Of a DNA stretch of 64,000 bases, positions 31,692 through 42,180 are shown piece by piece (the stretch's first letter is position 1; every line of letters begins with the position of its first letter). A program made the translations under genes and the position numbers. The stretch is from an uncultured Chlamydiae bacterium. GTDB lineage: Bacteria; Chlamydiota; Chlamydiia; Chlamydiales; SM23-39. Below the pieces are notes generated by a model. That model saw only the letters and a program-made list of their open reading frames with translations, made no database searches and had not been told where the DNA came from. The DNA lies in contig CAVSSM010000011.1 of NCBI GenBank assembly GCA_963730605.1, positions 1 through 64,000 on the forward strand. The letters run 5' to 3'.

Positions 31692-33266
31692 ATGGTTCAG
31701 AAAATCGTCCGCCTATCCGATGAGGTGATCAACAAGATCGCCGCAGGGGAAGTGGTGGAAAACCCCGCTAGCATAGCTAAAGAATTGATCGAAAACAGCC
31801 TCGACGCTGGGTCTCTTCGTATCGAAATTTCAATTGTTGGGGGAGGCTGCAAAGAACTGCAAGTCGAGGACGACGGCTGCGGGATGGGGCCGGAGGATGC
31901 TCTCCTCTCTTTGGAGAGGCATGCGACCTCGAAGATCCGCTCCGAGCTGGATCTATTTTCTTTGGCAACGATGGGATTTCGAGGGGAGGCCCTTGCGGCG
32001 GTAGCTGCGGTCTCGCGGTTTGAGATGCGGACCTCCGAGGGAGGGACGGGAACTCAAATCCAGAGCCAAGGAGGGGCAAATTCGGAGATCCTCCCTTGCG
32101 CCCGAAATCGGGGGACTACTGTAGTGGTGCGAGATCTTTTCTTCAACGTGCCCGCCCGAAAAAAATTCTTAAAGTCGGCCTCTGCCAATACCGCTTCTTT
32201 GACTCGCACCCTCGAGAGCATAGCTTTGGCCCATCCTAAAGTGTCATTTTCTCTAAAATCGGAGGGAAAAACGGCGCTAGAACTTCCTCAGGAAGAGAAA
32301 AAGAACCGAATTATTAGGATTTTGGGCCCGATGCATTGCGAAGTCGACGCGCCTGGATCCTCTTGGGGAGTATGGGGGCTTTTAGCCTCTCCAGAGGAAG
32401 CGAAGATCCATCGAAGAGGGCAATATCTTTACATCAATCATCGGCCGATATTCTCTCCTCTCATTTCCCGCGCGGTCAAGGCGGGTTACGGGACAAGGAT
32501 CGCAGAAAACTCCTATCCTTCTTTTGTCTTATTTCTCGAAATCGCGCCGGGTCTTGTGGATGTCAATGTCCATCCGCAGAAAAAAGAGGTTCGCTTTGCC
32601 GACGAGGGGAAAATCTTCCGGATGGTTGAGATGGCCGTATCGGCCGCATTTAAAAGTCCGGCTCCCGTTTTTTCCCGAACCCTCTCATTTCCTCAAGTGC
32701 CCTTTTCTTTTTCTGACGACCTTGTCCCAGCGCCTTCCAGGCTCCCCATTCCCCTCTCTTTCGATTTTCCCTCTTCCGAGAGACCGCTTGCTATCGTTGA
32801 AGGGTACTTCTTCCTCCAAGCAGAGGGACTACTTCTTGTCGACCTCCGTTTAGCTTACGCGAGGGTCCTCTATGAATCTCTTAAGGAAAAAAAGGGGACG
32901 GCCCAAACGCTACTCTGGCCTCTCGAGGCAGAGATCGATGACATTGGGATCGTCGAAGAGCTGCAGGCCTTTGGGATCGAATGCAGGCTCATTGGGAAAA
33001 GCCGGCTCGCTGTCGACGCCCTGCCATCTCTTTTGGACCCGGAAGATTTTCCCGAGTTTTTGAATGCTTGGCGCGAAGGAAAAAAACTCGACGCCGCCGC
33101 GCTGCGCACTTCAAGGGCCAGCTGCAGAAAATTTAGCATAGAAACTGCCTTCATGCTCTGGCGGCAGCTTCTTCAATGCCCTGAGTCGGTGTACGACCTC
33201 GCCGGCCGGCGGATCTGGGATCGGGTGGACGCTTCGATGCTGAAAAAACTTTTGGAGCGTCCATGA
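31692..33266 (+). CDS. mutL: DNA mismatch repair protein MutL
   Basis: IAAGEVVENP, KELIENSLDAG, RHATSK, GFRGEAL, DVNVHPQK. Confidence 0.95.
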   Translation: MVQKIVRLSDEVINKIAAGEVVENPASIAKELIENSLDAGSLRIEISIVGGGCKELQVEDDGCGMGPEDALLSLERHATSKIRSELDLFSLATMGFRGEALAAVAAVSRFEMRTSEGGTGTQIQSQGGANSEILPCARNRGTTVVVRDLFFNVPARKKFLKSASANTASLTRTLESIALAHPKVSFSLKSEGKTALELPQEEKKNRIIRILGPMHCEVDAPGSSWGVWGLLASPEEAKIHRRGQYLYINHRPIFSPLISRAVKAGYGTRIAENSYPSFVLFLEIAPGLVDVNVHPQKKEVRFADEGKIFRMVEMAVSAAFKSPAPVFSRTLSFPQVPFSFSDDLVPAPSRLPIPLSFDFPSSERPLAIVEGYFFLQAEGLLLVDLRLAYARVLYESLKEKKGTAQTLLWPLEAEIDDIGIVEELQAFGIECRLIGKSRLAVDALPSLLDPEDFPEFLNAWREGKKLDAAALRTSRASCRKFSIETAFMLWRQLLQCPESVYDLAGRRIWDRVDASMLKKLLERP

Positions 33267-34297
33267 CAAGGATCGAACGGGCGTGCACACTCCTAGATCA
33301 GTTGAAGTTGGAGGGGCTCCTCATCGAAAATCCGTCCGATGTCTTTTACCTGTCAGGACAGTGGTTCTCGTCAGCTCGGCTCCTCCTTAAACCAGAGAGC
33401 GCCTCGCTTCTTGTCGACGGCCGTTATTTCGGCCAGGCCAAGGGAAAGGCGCCCTGCGAGGTGATCTTAGCGGAAAAAGAGGCTCTTGTCCATGCAATGA
33501 AAGGGCTGAAAAAAGTTGGGTTCGACAGTTCTTTTGTCACGTTCGAAAAAGCCGGCCTCCTCCAAAGTTCAGCCCCTTCCAAAGAGTGGATTCCAGTCCC
33601 CAGGCCTTTGAAGGAGATGCGCGTTTGCAAAGACTCGGGAGAAATCGAGGCTCTCAAAGAGGCGGCGCGCGTGACGGCGGTTGGATACGCCGAAGTTTTG
33701 AAGAAATTGAGAGAAGGAGTCGAGGAGAGGGAGATCGCGATCGAGTTCGAGTGCCACTCTCGGAGGAAGGGAGCGGAAAAAATGTCCTTCATGCCGATCG
33801 TCGCTTTCGGGGAAAATAGCGCCTATCCCCACTATCGGGCAGGGGGCGCGCAGCTGAAAAAGAACCAGATCGCTTTGTTCGACTTCGGCGCCGTAGTCAA
33901 CAGTTACTCTGGCGACATGACGAGGTGTTTCTTTTTTGGGCAGCCTCAAGAGGAACTCGTCCGGTTTTACGGACTGGTCCGGCAAGCGGCAGCAATGGCC
34001 GCGGCGGCGATTCGGCCGGGTGCAAGGCTCGGGCGTCTCGACCAGATTGTACGGGACTTTTTTGCAAAAGAGGGGGTCCTGCCTCTCTATTCCCATAGCC
34101 TTGGCCATGGGGTTGGAATCGATGTGCATGAGTATCCGCTGCTCAAGGTAGATGGAGAGGACCGCGATTTAATTTTGCGGGCCGGAATGGTTTTTACGAT
34201 CGAGCCTGGGCTTTATCTTCCGGGCCTCGGCGGGGTCCGCTATGAAAATACCTATGTCGTCACGGAAAGCGGCTCGGAAAATCTATACATATGTTGA
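33263..34297 (+). CDS. pepP: Xaa-Pro aminopeptidase (M24)
   Basis: DFGA..YSGDMTR, HSLGHGVGIDVHE, TIEPGLY, GVRYE. Confidence 0.9.
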   Translation: MTRIERACTLLDQLKLEGLLIENPSDVFYLSGQWFSSARLLLKPESASLLVDGRYFGQAKGKAPCEVILAEKEALVHAMKGLKKVGFDSSFVTFEKAGLLQSSAPSKEWIPVPRPLKEMRVCKDSGEIEALKEAARVTAVGYAEVLKKLREGVEEREIAIEFECHSRRKGAEKMSFMPIVAFGENSAYPHYRAGGAQLKKNQIALFDFGAVVNSYSGDMTRCFFFGQPQEELVRFYGLVRQAAAMAAAAIRPGARLGRLDQIVRDFFAKEGVLPLYSHSLGHGVGIDVHEYPLLKVDGEDRDLILRAGMVFTIEPGLYLPGLGGVRYENTYVVTESGSENLYIC

Positions 34298-35730
34298 GAT
34301 TTAGGAAGAAGATGTTTTTTTGCGGAAGCGCGCTTCTTACCGCTTTCATCGCGCTGCTCTTTCTCTTCATCGACAGGTCTCTTGAGTTCTTGTGTAAAAC
34401 TGGCATGTCGGCCGATCAAGTTTGCTCGTTAAAGAGCCAGTTCAAAACGACAATTCTGTTTCTTGGAGCCGGATTTCTTTTTCTCTATAGCCTATCGACT
34501 TGGATTCTCTTCCACCGCCTGAGCCTTCCCTTAAGGAAAATCGCCGATCATATCCTTTCCTACACAGAAGATGGGTTGTTTCCTTCGATTGAAGTGGATG
34601 CGGGTCAAAAAGGGGAATTTGCCGAGATCGCCAGGGTATTGAATGCGATGATCGGCAAAATCAAAAAACAAATCAACAACCTTAGCTTAAGCCGCATGGA
34701 AACGATAGAGATCATCGAATCTCTCGCCGAAGGTGTCATAGCGGTAGATACAGAAGGAAAAACCACGTTTGCGAACGGATCTGCATGCAAGATTCTGGGA
34801 GCGGCCCCGGGGGCTCTATTAAACGGCCATTTGCACAAGGTTCACGCATTGCAAAAAGACTTAAAATTGAAGTGTCATGAAGCGATCCAGGATGTCCTGC
34901 AGACCACGGAATTTGTCCGGCGAACATGGACCGATGAGAAATGGGGCCGGGTCCATCTGGAACTGACTGCAACGCCACGCCCTGGGCATAGGGGTGCGAT
35001 CCTGGTTCTCCAAGACAAAAGTGCTGATTTCAAGATTTTGGAAATGGGTAAAGATTTTATTGCGAACGCCTCCCATGAGCTGAGGACTCCCATCACGATC
35101 CTTCGAGGGTTTGCCGAGACTTTGCAGGACCATCCGGAACTCCCTCCCCAGACGCTCAAGAGCATTGCCGGAAAGGTTGTCCGTACGTCACACCGATTGG
35201 AAAACCTTGTCAAAAGCCTGCTGACTCTAGCGGATATCGAAAATTATTCTCCGGATCAGATGCAAACAACCGATCTTGTCCAGATTGCAGAAAATTGCAA
35301 GCAATTAGCAACGGCCTCGCATCGCACATCTCACATCGCTTTTCAGAGCGATCTGGAGAGCGCGCCGATTTTCGGCGATCCGCACCTTTTGGATCTTGCC
35401 ATCATGAATTTGATCGAAAACGGCATCAAATATTCAAAGTCTCCTGCAGAGATCGCCCTTTCGATCCGCAAAAGAGAAAGAGAGGTCCAGCTCACTGTCC
35501 AGGACAAGGGTATCGGCATTCCAGATGCGGATCTGCCCCACATTTTCGATCGCTTTTACACCGTCGATAAAGCTCACTCCCGCAAATCGGGAGGGACAGG
35601 GCTTGGCCTCTCGATCGTCAAGACGATTGTCGAAAAACATAAAGGGACCGTGTCGGTCGCATCTCAACTAGGCGTGAGCAGCGCGTTCATGATTTCTTTC
35701 CCGTTAGCGGATCGAAACCACTTTTCTTAA
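34291..35730 (+). CDS. PhoR/WalK-like sensor histidine kinase
   Basis: Two TM segments, HAMP/PAS-like region, H-box ANASHELRTP, NLIENGIKY, DKGIGI, GGTGLGL. Confidence 0.92.
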   Translation: MLRFRKKMFFCGSALLTAFIALLFLFIDRSLEFLCKTGMSADQVCSLKSQFKTTILFLGAGFLFLYSLSTWILFHRLSLPLRKIADHILSYTEDGLFPSIEVDAGQKGEFAEIARVLNAMIGKIKKQINNLSLSRMETIEIIESLAEGVIAVDTEGKTTFANGSACKILGAAPGALLNGHLHKVHALQKDLKLKCHEAIQDVLQTTEFVRRTWTDEKWGRVHLELTATPRPGHRGAILVLQDKSADFKILEMGKDFIANASHELRTPITILRGFAETLQDHPELPPQTLKSIAGKVVRTSHRLENLVKSLLTLADIENYSPDQMQTTDLVQIAENCKQLATASHRTSHIAFQSDLESAPIFGDPHLLDLAIMNLIENGIKYSKSPAEIALSIRKREREVQLTVQDKGIGIPDADLPHIFDRFYTVDKAHSRKSGGTGLGLSIVKTIVEKHKGTVSVASQLGVSSAFMISFPLADRNHFS

Positions 35731-36582
35731 ACAGGTCTTGCTGCCGGAGTCTTCTCCGATTAGAGTAGTCTCTTTGACTGCATCGTGGCTTTGAGCGATT
35801 TGAAAGAGATCGAAGATCTCGGGGCTCAAAAGGGGAGCGTGGACCTCCTGGCAGATCCGCTCGATGGTCTCTTTTGTCACCGGAGGAGCTTTCGGTGTGT
35901 GGATCGCCTCATAGAGTTTAGCCCCCCCTTTGTCCGTAAAAAAAACGGAGAGGAGATTGGGATGGGCGTGCCGAAGACATATTTTTGAAGCGGAAGACTC
36001 GATTTTAACGTAATCGAGAAGCGAGGGATAACCAACCCCTTTAAGAACATCGTTTTTTTTCGTTCCCTTCAACATTTTATAATAAATCATCTGAAAATGA
36101 GGGTCTTTGAAGGAAACTTTTTCGAGGCCCCCAAATTCTTGATGCGCGATTTGGAGGCGCACAACTTTCAGAAGGGCGTCGAGGAATTTGGTTTCGGCTT
36201 GGGCCCTTTCGAAGAGATCATGATAGAAAATGCGAAGAAGTTTGGAGGCGGCTTCATAAAGAGCTCGCTCTTCGAGCTCCTTCTCGATCAATGGAGTTAG
36301 GTCTAGCCTAGCGCAGAGAGGGTTGATTGGGGGTGGCGGCGGCAGCCGTTTATTTTGAGGCGCGCTCTCTTTGTCTCCTTTCCTCTTTTCTTCTGAACAA
36401 GATTGGGTTTTCAAAGAGGCGTAGAATTCGCTTGTCGTCTGGTCGAGGATTTCACGGCTTGCTGCGATGTGTCCAAGATAGCTCGATCTGAGGCGATGGG
36501 CGCTGACTTGTTTTTCTAGGATGAGGCTAGCGCCGAGGGAGAGGACGGCCAAGATGCAAAATACGAATCCGATGACGTTCAT
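35704..36582 (-). CDS. Membrane-anchored hypothetical protein, possible type II secretion (T2SS) minor component
   Basis: N-terminal hydrophobic helix; ATGA-coupled to the upstream pseudopilin-like gene. Confidence 0.55.
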   Translation of the reverse strand: MNVIGFVFCILAVLSLGASLILEKQVSAHRLRSSYLGHIAASREILDQTTSEFYASLKTQSCSEEKRKGDKESAPQNKRLPPPPPINPLCARLDLTPLIEKELEERALYEAASKLLRIFYHDLFERAQAETKFLDALLKVVRLQIAHQEFGGLEKVSFKDPHFQMIYYKMLKGTKKNDVLKGVGYPSLLDYVKIESSASKICLRHAHPNLLSVFFTDKGGAKLYEAIHTPKAPPVTKETIERICQEVHAPLLSPEIFDLFQIAQSHDAVKETTLIGEDSGSKTCLRKVVSIR

Positions 36583-37243
36583 CTGTAGCCCCTCTTAAAG
36601 TAGGTCACGAGCGGCTCCGGGCTGGAGAAAAAAAAGGCGTAGGAGAGGGGATTCCCATTTTGCTGGATTGTCAGGCGGACCATCGAGGGATTTTCTTTTC
36701 TATTTGAGGGCCAGAGGCTCTCCCAAGCAAATTCAGCGTTGACGGGCAGGTCGGGGGCTTTCTTACCGAGAAAGAGGAATTCAAAGGCATCGATGTCAGA
36801 AAGAAGGATCTCATTTCGCCAAGGGAGGCTGGTGCCGTTCTTTTTCTTAACAGGATGAGGCCAAATGGCTAAAGAGAGATTGCGATCAACATCTCGGTAC
36901 ACCCGCGCAATCACTTTGCCGCTGAAGGCAGGATCGGGATCGATCCCATTGTCGAAGATGGCAATCAGGCTCTCTTTCTCATCGCCGGGGAGCTTTTTTG
37001 TATAAAGGGAGGAATTTTCCGCGCTTAAGAAAAGATCTTGAAGCCGGGTTTGGAGTCGCTGCCTCTCCAGCAGCTCCTTTCTTGCACGATCGATTTTAGT
37101 TTCGAACTCTGCGCTCCTTGCGATCGATGTAAAGAGGAATGAGAGGAGGATCGACAGGAGGGAGAGGCTAATCAGGATCTCGAGCAAAAAGAGCGGTCGG
37201 TTTACGCCCGCTTTCTTTGGGAGAAATGGGCCAAAAAGCAAGC
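36579..37243 (-). CDS. Pseudopilin-like protein (T2SS GspJ-like); start uncertain
   Basis: Prepilin-like RPLFLLEILISLSLL. No ATG nearby, so the start is probably a TTG overlapping the end of the OPT gene. Confidence 0.55.
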
Positions 37244-39049
37244 GAGAAGAATGAAAGCTCCCAAGGTAAATAGGTTGGGCAGCTTGGCCGCTGCGGAGAG
37301 CGGGATGACTCCGGCCACGGTCATTAGGGCGATGAGTATGCCGACGCATGCGTCCCCTCCGACCAGGCCTGCTGCGAGAAGGATCCCTCTCTGTTCTGTG
37401 CTCTCATCGGCATTTTTGGAATTGACATAGGCTCTCGCTAGACCGCCAACTATTGTAGCGGTGCTTAAAGAAAGAGGCAAATAAATGCCTATGGCCACAG
37501 GGAGAATGGGAATCCGAACAATCGCCAACAAGACGCCGATCATGATCCCGATCCCGAAAAGAACATAGGGAAGGTCCCCGCTGATGACCCCTTTGGCGAT
37601 GAGGGCGAGCAGAGTGGCTTGGGGCGCTGGCATTTGGGGGGAGCCGATATGATACGCGGCGTTCAGGATGTAGACGACATATCCGAGGGAGAGGGCGGGG
37701 ATGAAGGCTCCCAGGATTTCGGCGATCTGCTGAGACCGGGGGGTAGCGCCCACGATGTAGCCGGTCTTTAAATCCTGCGAGGTCGTGGCGCCGATGCAGA
37801 CGGCGCAGCAGGCGACGCATCCCATGGTGATCGCGGCAATGAGATAGAGCCTTTCCGTCCACCCCAGAAGGACGAATGTGATGCAGGTAATCAGCAAGGT
37901 CACGATCACCATCCCTGACACGGGGTTCGACGATATTCCCACGAGGCCTGTGGTAACCGAAGTGACGGCTACAAAGCAAAAAGCAAGAATGACAAGGAGG
38001 ACGATCGTTAAGAAATTCATCGGAAGTCCTGGGAAAAGCCACAAGAGCAGGATGATCGCGATCGATCCTAAAATAAGCCATGCCATCGAAATATCGCGGT
38101 CTGTCCGCGAAAGGTGCGCTCTAGAGAAAAGAGCGCCGCTAAAAAGCTCTTTGAAGCTCGTGTGGATCGTTCTATGCAGAAGAGGAATGACTTTAAATAG
38201 GCTCATGAGACCGCCTACTGAGATCGCTCCGGCCCCGATGTAGCGGATGTAGGAGTTCCAGATTGCGTCGGAGGACATCTCTCCGATCGGACTCTCCGCG
38301 GGATAGATCGCGGCATTTCCCGTTCCGAAGACTTTGATAAGGGGGATGATGACCCACCAAGCGAGCAGCCCTCCAGAGAACATGAAGCTGGAAATTCTCG
38401 GGCCGATGATGTAGCCGACGCCGAGGAGCGCCGGGGTCGCATCAATGGTAAATTCAGCGTTTCTGAAAAATTTGGCGGTCCAGGTATAGGACTCGTTCCA
38501 GATGAAGAGGGCGTTCGAGCATACCTTGTAGACGGCGGAAACGAGGAAGGCCCAGGCAGCCAAAATCGCTCCCTGACCCTTTTCAGCCCCTGCCTTCAAG
38601 ATTTCAGCGCAGGCCGTCCCTTCGGGGTAGGGCAGTTTTTTATGCTCCTCGACGATCAAGTACCTCCTCATCGGGATCATGAACAAAATGCCTAAAATTC
38701 CCCCCAAGGAAGAGAGGAGGAAAATCCTTCCGATCGAGGGCGTATCTCCGAGGATGATGAGCGCGGGGATGGTGAAAACGATGCCTGCAGCCAATCCTTC
38801 TCCGACGGTCGCGATGGTTTGGACGATGTTATTCTCTAGTACGGTGGACCCTTTGAAGAAAAATTTCAGGATCGCCATCGAGAGGATGGCGGCGGGGATC
38901 GAAGCCGAGACTGTTTGGCCGATTTTCAAGGCGAGGTAGCCGTTTGCGATGGCGAAGAAGAACCCGAAGACAAGGCCTAAAATCGCGGCTCGAGGGGTAA
39001 ATTCGCGGATCTCTTTGTTTGCGGCGACATAGGGCTTGAAGTCGGACAT
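37202..39049 (-). CDS. OPT-family oligopeptide transporter
   Basis: LKIGQTVSASIPAA, ENNIVQT, YPEGTACA, SNPVSG, QDLKTG, PAPQA; many TM segments. Confidence 0.93.
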   Translation of the reverse strand: MSDFKPYVAANKEIREFTPRAAILGLVFGFFFAIANGYLALKIGQTVSASIPAAILSMAILKFFFKGSTVLENNIVQTIATVGEGLAAGIVFTIPALIILGDTPSIGRIFLLSSLGGILGILFMIPMRRYLIVEEHKKLPYPEGTACAEILKAGAEKGQGAILAAWAFLVSAVYKVCSNALFIWNESYTWTAKFFRNAEFTIDATPALLGVGYIIGPRISSFMFSGGLLAWWVIIPLIKVFGTGNAAIYPAESPIGEMSSDAIWNSYIRYIGAGAISVGGLMSLFKVIPLLHRTIHTSFKELFSGALFSRAHLSRTDRDISMAWLILGSIAIILLLWLFPGLPMNFLTIVLLVILAFCFVAVTSVTTGLVGISSNPVSGMVIVTLLITCITFVLLGWTERLYLIAAITMGCVACCAVCIGATTSQDLKTGYIVGATPRSQQIAEILGAFIPALSLGYVVYILNAAYHIGSPQMPAPQATLLALIAKGVISGDLPYVLFGIGIMIGVLLAIVRIPILPVAIGIYLPLSLSTATIVGGLARAYVNSKNADESTEQRGILLAAGLVGGDACVGILIALMTVAGVIPLSAAAKLPNLFTLGAFILLACFLAHFSQRKRA

Positions 39050-39103
39050 ATAGATTCCCTATACCACAATCTTCCAATTAATCAAGGGATCAGTGAAAAT
39101 TCC

Positions 39104-39268
39104 TATATTGCGACCGCTCAAAAAGTGTGAAAAATGCCGAGGAAGCGGTGCAGATTTTTCATGTCTGGAACGAGGGGCGTGTTCATAGACACGGCCCGAA
39201 GTGAAGGCCAAAAATATGCTGCCAAGCTGACGCCGGCAGATTCACACTTTTTGGGTGGGAGCAGTATA
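39104..39268 (+). mobile_element. MITE family A, full copy (~165 bp, TA-flanked, ~28-bp imperfect TIRs)
   Basis: TATATTGCGACCGCTCAAAAAGTGTGAA...TTCACACTTTTTGGGTGGGAGCAGTATA. A closely similar inverted copy lies at 54199-54362. Confidence 0.85.
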
Positions 39269-39269
39269 C

Positions 39270-40040
39270 ATGCGCATCTGGGCGATCGCCGATCTACACT
39301 TGAGTTTTGGAGTCCCAAACAAGAACATGGACGTGTTCGGTCCTGGATGGGAGAACCATGCCGAGAAAATAAAGGCTCACTGGAGCGCGATGATCGGCCC
39401 GGAGGATCTCGTCTTGATCCCGGGAGATATTTCTTGGGCCATGCGGGTCGAAGAAGCGGCGGCCGATCTCGCTTGGATCCACGCGTTGCCGGGAACGAAG
39501 GTCATGATCAAGGGCAATCACGATTATTGGTGGGGCTCTTTGAAAAAAGTCTCAGAAATCCTCCCTCCTTCGATTCACCTGATTCAGAACAACGCTTTCC
39601 ATTGGCGCGGGGTAGCGATCGGCGGGGCCAGGCTTTGGGATACTCCCGAATACAGCTTTGCAAAATTTGTTGAATTTCGGGAAAACCCGCGGGAAAAGCC
39701 GGAAAAGCCTAGAGCTGCCCCAAACGCCGAAGCAGCCGTTCAGGAAGAACTTTCCCAAAAGATCTTCGATCGGGAATTACAGCGGCTGCAAGCGAGCCTC
39801 AAACAGTTGCAACCCGATGCGAAAATCCGGATCGCAATGACGCACTATCCTCCCATCGGCGCCGATCTATTGCCATCGCGCGCCGCCCAAATCCTCGAGC
39901 AAAACCAGATCCAAATCTGCGTCTTTGGCCACCTCCACAATATCAAACCCGACTGTTCCCTTTTCGGCGTTGCGAGAGGAGTTCGATATCTTTTGACCGC
40001 TTGCGATTACATCCGCCACCAGCCCATCGCAGTGTTGTGA
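39270..40040 (+). CDS. Calcineurin-like metallophosphoesterase
   Basis: ADLH, PGDISW, GNHD, THYPP, GHLH. Start MRIW at 39270. Confidence 0.9.
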   Translation: MRIWAIADLHLSFGVPNKNMDVFGPGWENHAEKIKAHWSAMIGPEDLVLIPGDISWAMRVEEAAADLAWIHALPGTKVMIKGNHDYWWGSLKKVSEILPPSIHLIQNNAFHWRGVAIGGARLWDTPEYSFAKFVEFRENPREKPEKPRAAPNAEAAVQEELSQKIFDRELQRLQASLKQLQPDAKIRIAMTHYPPIGADLLPSRAAQILEQNQIQICVFGHLHNIKPDCSLFGVARGVRYLLTACDYIRHQPIAVL

Positions 40041-40498
40041 GAAAAAAAGAAAAGCGGCCCTTCATTTTATTGGAAATCCTCTTGGCCCTGACTCTGGTCA
40101 GCCTATGCGCCATTCCGCTCATCGTCAAGCCGATTGCAGCTTATCGTTTCGAGATGAAAGCGCTCGAAGAGGTGGAAGGAGAGAGGCTGGCCGATTGGAC
40201 TTTTTCAGAGATCAAAGAAGAGATGTTGCAACTCAAGATCCCGTGGGAAAAATTGCCTGCCCTGAGCGAGACGGCCGGCCCCTTTCCTTTAAATCCCGGA
40301 TCGATCCAAGTTCCCGGCAGACAGCCGAAAAAGATCAAACGCTCTTTCACTTTGTATTGCAAAGGGGAAAAAGAAGGGATGGCTGGGCAGACCTACAGGA
40401 TGCTCTATATCAAGATCGAATTCAACCCTGTCCTGTCGAAGAAAAAAAAGACCTACACCTATCGCCTGCCTGTTCAGAGGATTACGAGTCCTGCTTAA
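40037..40498 (+). CDS. Pseudopilin-like protein (prepilin N-terminal motif)
   Basis: GTG start overlaps the upstream TGA; KKEKRPFILLEILLALTLV. Confidence 0.6.
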   Translation: MRKKEKRPFILLEILLALTLVSLCAIPLIVKPIAAYRFEMKALEEVEGERLADWTFSEIKEEMLQLKIPWEKLPALSETAGPFPLNPGSIQVPGRQPKKIKRSFTLYCKGEKEGMAGQTYRMLYIKIEFNPVLSKKKKTYTYRLPVQRITSPA

Positions 40499-40500
40499 AA

Positions 40501-42039
40501 TCAGAGTTCCATTAATCTCATGTATTCATTGAGTTCAATCATAAATGCATCTCGATCTACGTCTGGATTACGATCTAGGAATACACCCGCAGCTTGAATG
40601 AGTTGAGCGCGACCTGCACCCTTGTTTTCAACTATCAATCCGGCAACGAGCTCATTTGTTGTTTTTCTGACGCCATCCACATTTACACCTTTAAGGCGAC
40701 CTTGAAGCACAGCTACGATCTGGCGTTGCGTCTGTCCAGGAGGACAAACCCTGCGGCCATGTTCTATCGAGTCGCTCAAAGCCTTAATTATTCCAAAGCG
40801 GCAATTTTCTTGTTCTTTTTTCTCAGATTGCTCATTCGCAAAAATCCAGAGTCGAGCAATCAACTCTTCTCCGGAAATGCTAAGACGACCGTTATCGATA
40901 GTATAAATAGCATTATTGAGTAAAGGAGCCCAATCCTCGTTCTCGGGTGGGCCATGAAGGGCTTGCTGAGCTGTGTTTTTAATGGCTGAATCACCTGCAT
41001 AAGCGTTTAAATATTGTTTAAATTCTTCTACAGCTGCACTGATCCTCGTTGGGTTGAGCAGTCCCTGATGCTTTCTTAGTAATTCGATGGCTTCTCTTGT
41101 TTTTGCATCGCGGCTACCATGATGCACATCGATTGCATTGTGCCCTTGCGCTGCCAACTCGGCCATCCCAGCGCAAAAGGGTGGAATCGGTTGATTTAGT
41201 GGTGTTTCCAATATAACGAGCATTCGATGAAGGATAGCTTCATTTTCTAAACCGTTAGCAAGATCTTGAATCTGATGTAATACTCTTTGCATGCGACCTG
41301 CTCTTTCGTTCCCAGCATTTGCAACCGTACCAATTATTAAGCATATCTGTAGGCTATCCATTTGTGGATGAATAAGACGAGATACAAGGTTAATAACTTG
41401 TTCGCGTTCATTTGCAGGGATGCTTGCAACCGAACGAATTATAAAGGATATTCCGATGCCATGCATTTGTGGATGAATAAGACGAGATACAAGGTGAGTA
41501 ACTTGTTCACGTCCATTTACAGGGATGCTTGCGGCCTCTGTAAATATAGCTGATATACTCATGGAAAGCATGTGTGGACGAATAAGACGAGATACAAGGT
41601 GAGTAACTTGTTCACGTTCATTTGCAGGGATTCTTGCAATGTCGCTAATTATCTGGAGTATATTGGTGGTGTTACACATTTGTGGGTAACGAGATACAAG
41701 GCCAATAACTTGTCCACGTTCATTTACAGGAATTCTTGCAACGGTTTCAATGATTGCATTACGCGTCCGGTCATCCATGTCCGGAATCATAAGGCCGGAT
41801 GCTTGGGCAGCAATTTGCTCGCGATTATTTGAAACAATCCTACCGCTATTCAAATCTCTTTCTCCCGATGTGTTTCTGCTTGAGGCGATGGCCCACAAAC
41901 AACCGATCCCTCCGATAGCAGTAAGGGCCAGCCCAATCGCTTCCATTTGATAAGCGACCGCAAGACCTGCCCCTCCTACACACCCAGCCACAAATTTGCA
42001 ATATCCCATTGTATTCTGGATTCTTATCCCTATTGACAT
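40501..42039 (-). CDS. Low-GC repeat protein, putative effector, paralogue 1 (512 aa)
   Basis: N-terminal hydrophobic hairpin, about 5 helical repeats (105-nt period at 41363/41468/41573), C-terminal domain shared with paralogue 2. Confidence 0.8.
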   Translation of the reverse strand: MSIGIRIQNTMGYCKFVAGCVGGAGLAVAYQMEAIGLALTAIGGIGCLWAIASSRNTSGERDLNSGRIVSNNREQIAAQASGLMIPDMDDRTRNAIIETVARIPVNERGQVIGLVSRYPQMCNTTNILQIISDIARIPANEREQVTHLVSRLIRPHMLSMSISAIFTEAASIPVNGREQVTHLVSRLIHPQMHGIGISFIIRSVASIPANEREQVINLVSRLIHPQMDSLQICLIIGTVANAGNERAGRMQRVLHQIQDLANGLENEAILHRMLVILETPLNQPIPPFCAGMAELAAQGHNAIDVHHGSRDAKTREAIELLRKHQGLLNPTRISAAVEEFKQYLNAYAGDSAIKNTAQQALHGPPENEDWAPLLNNAIYTIDNGRLSISGEELIARLWIFANEQSEKKEQENCRFGIIKALSDSIEHGRRVCPPGQTQRQIVAVLQGRLKGVNVDGVRKTTNELVAGLIVENKGAGRAQLIQAAGVFLDRNPDVDRDAFMIELNEYMRLMEL

Positions 42040-42180
42040 AAATCCCTATATTATTTTAATGTTAATGTTATAATAATTATGCATGTTTAAAATTATTTTG
42101 TCAACAAATTAATTAATAAAGATAAATTTTTTTATAGACACTGGTTTCCTGATTAAGGAGATATAGAAAACTATAAACTA

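Noticed and set aside
39118..39673. ORFs 39118-39318 and 39134-39673 (also 54184-54366, 42171-42398 and 23386-23727)
   Set aside because: They are translations of MITE sequence or overlap real genes.
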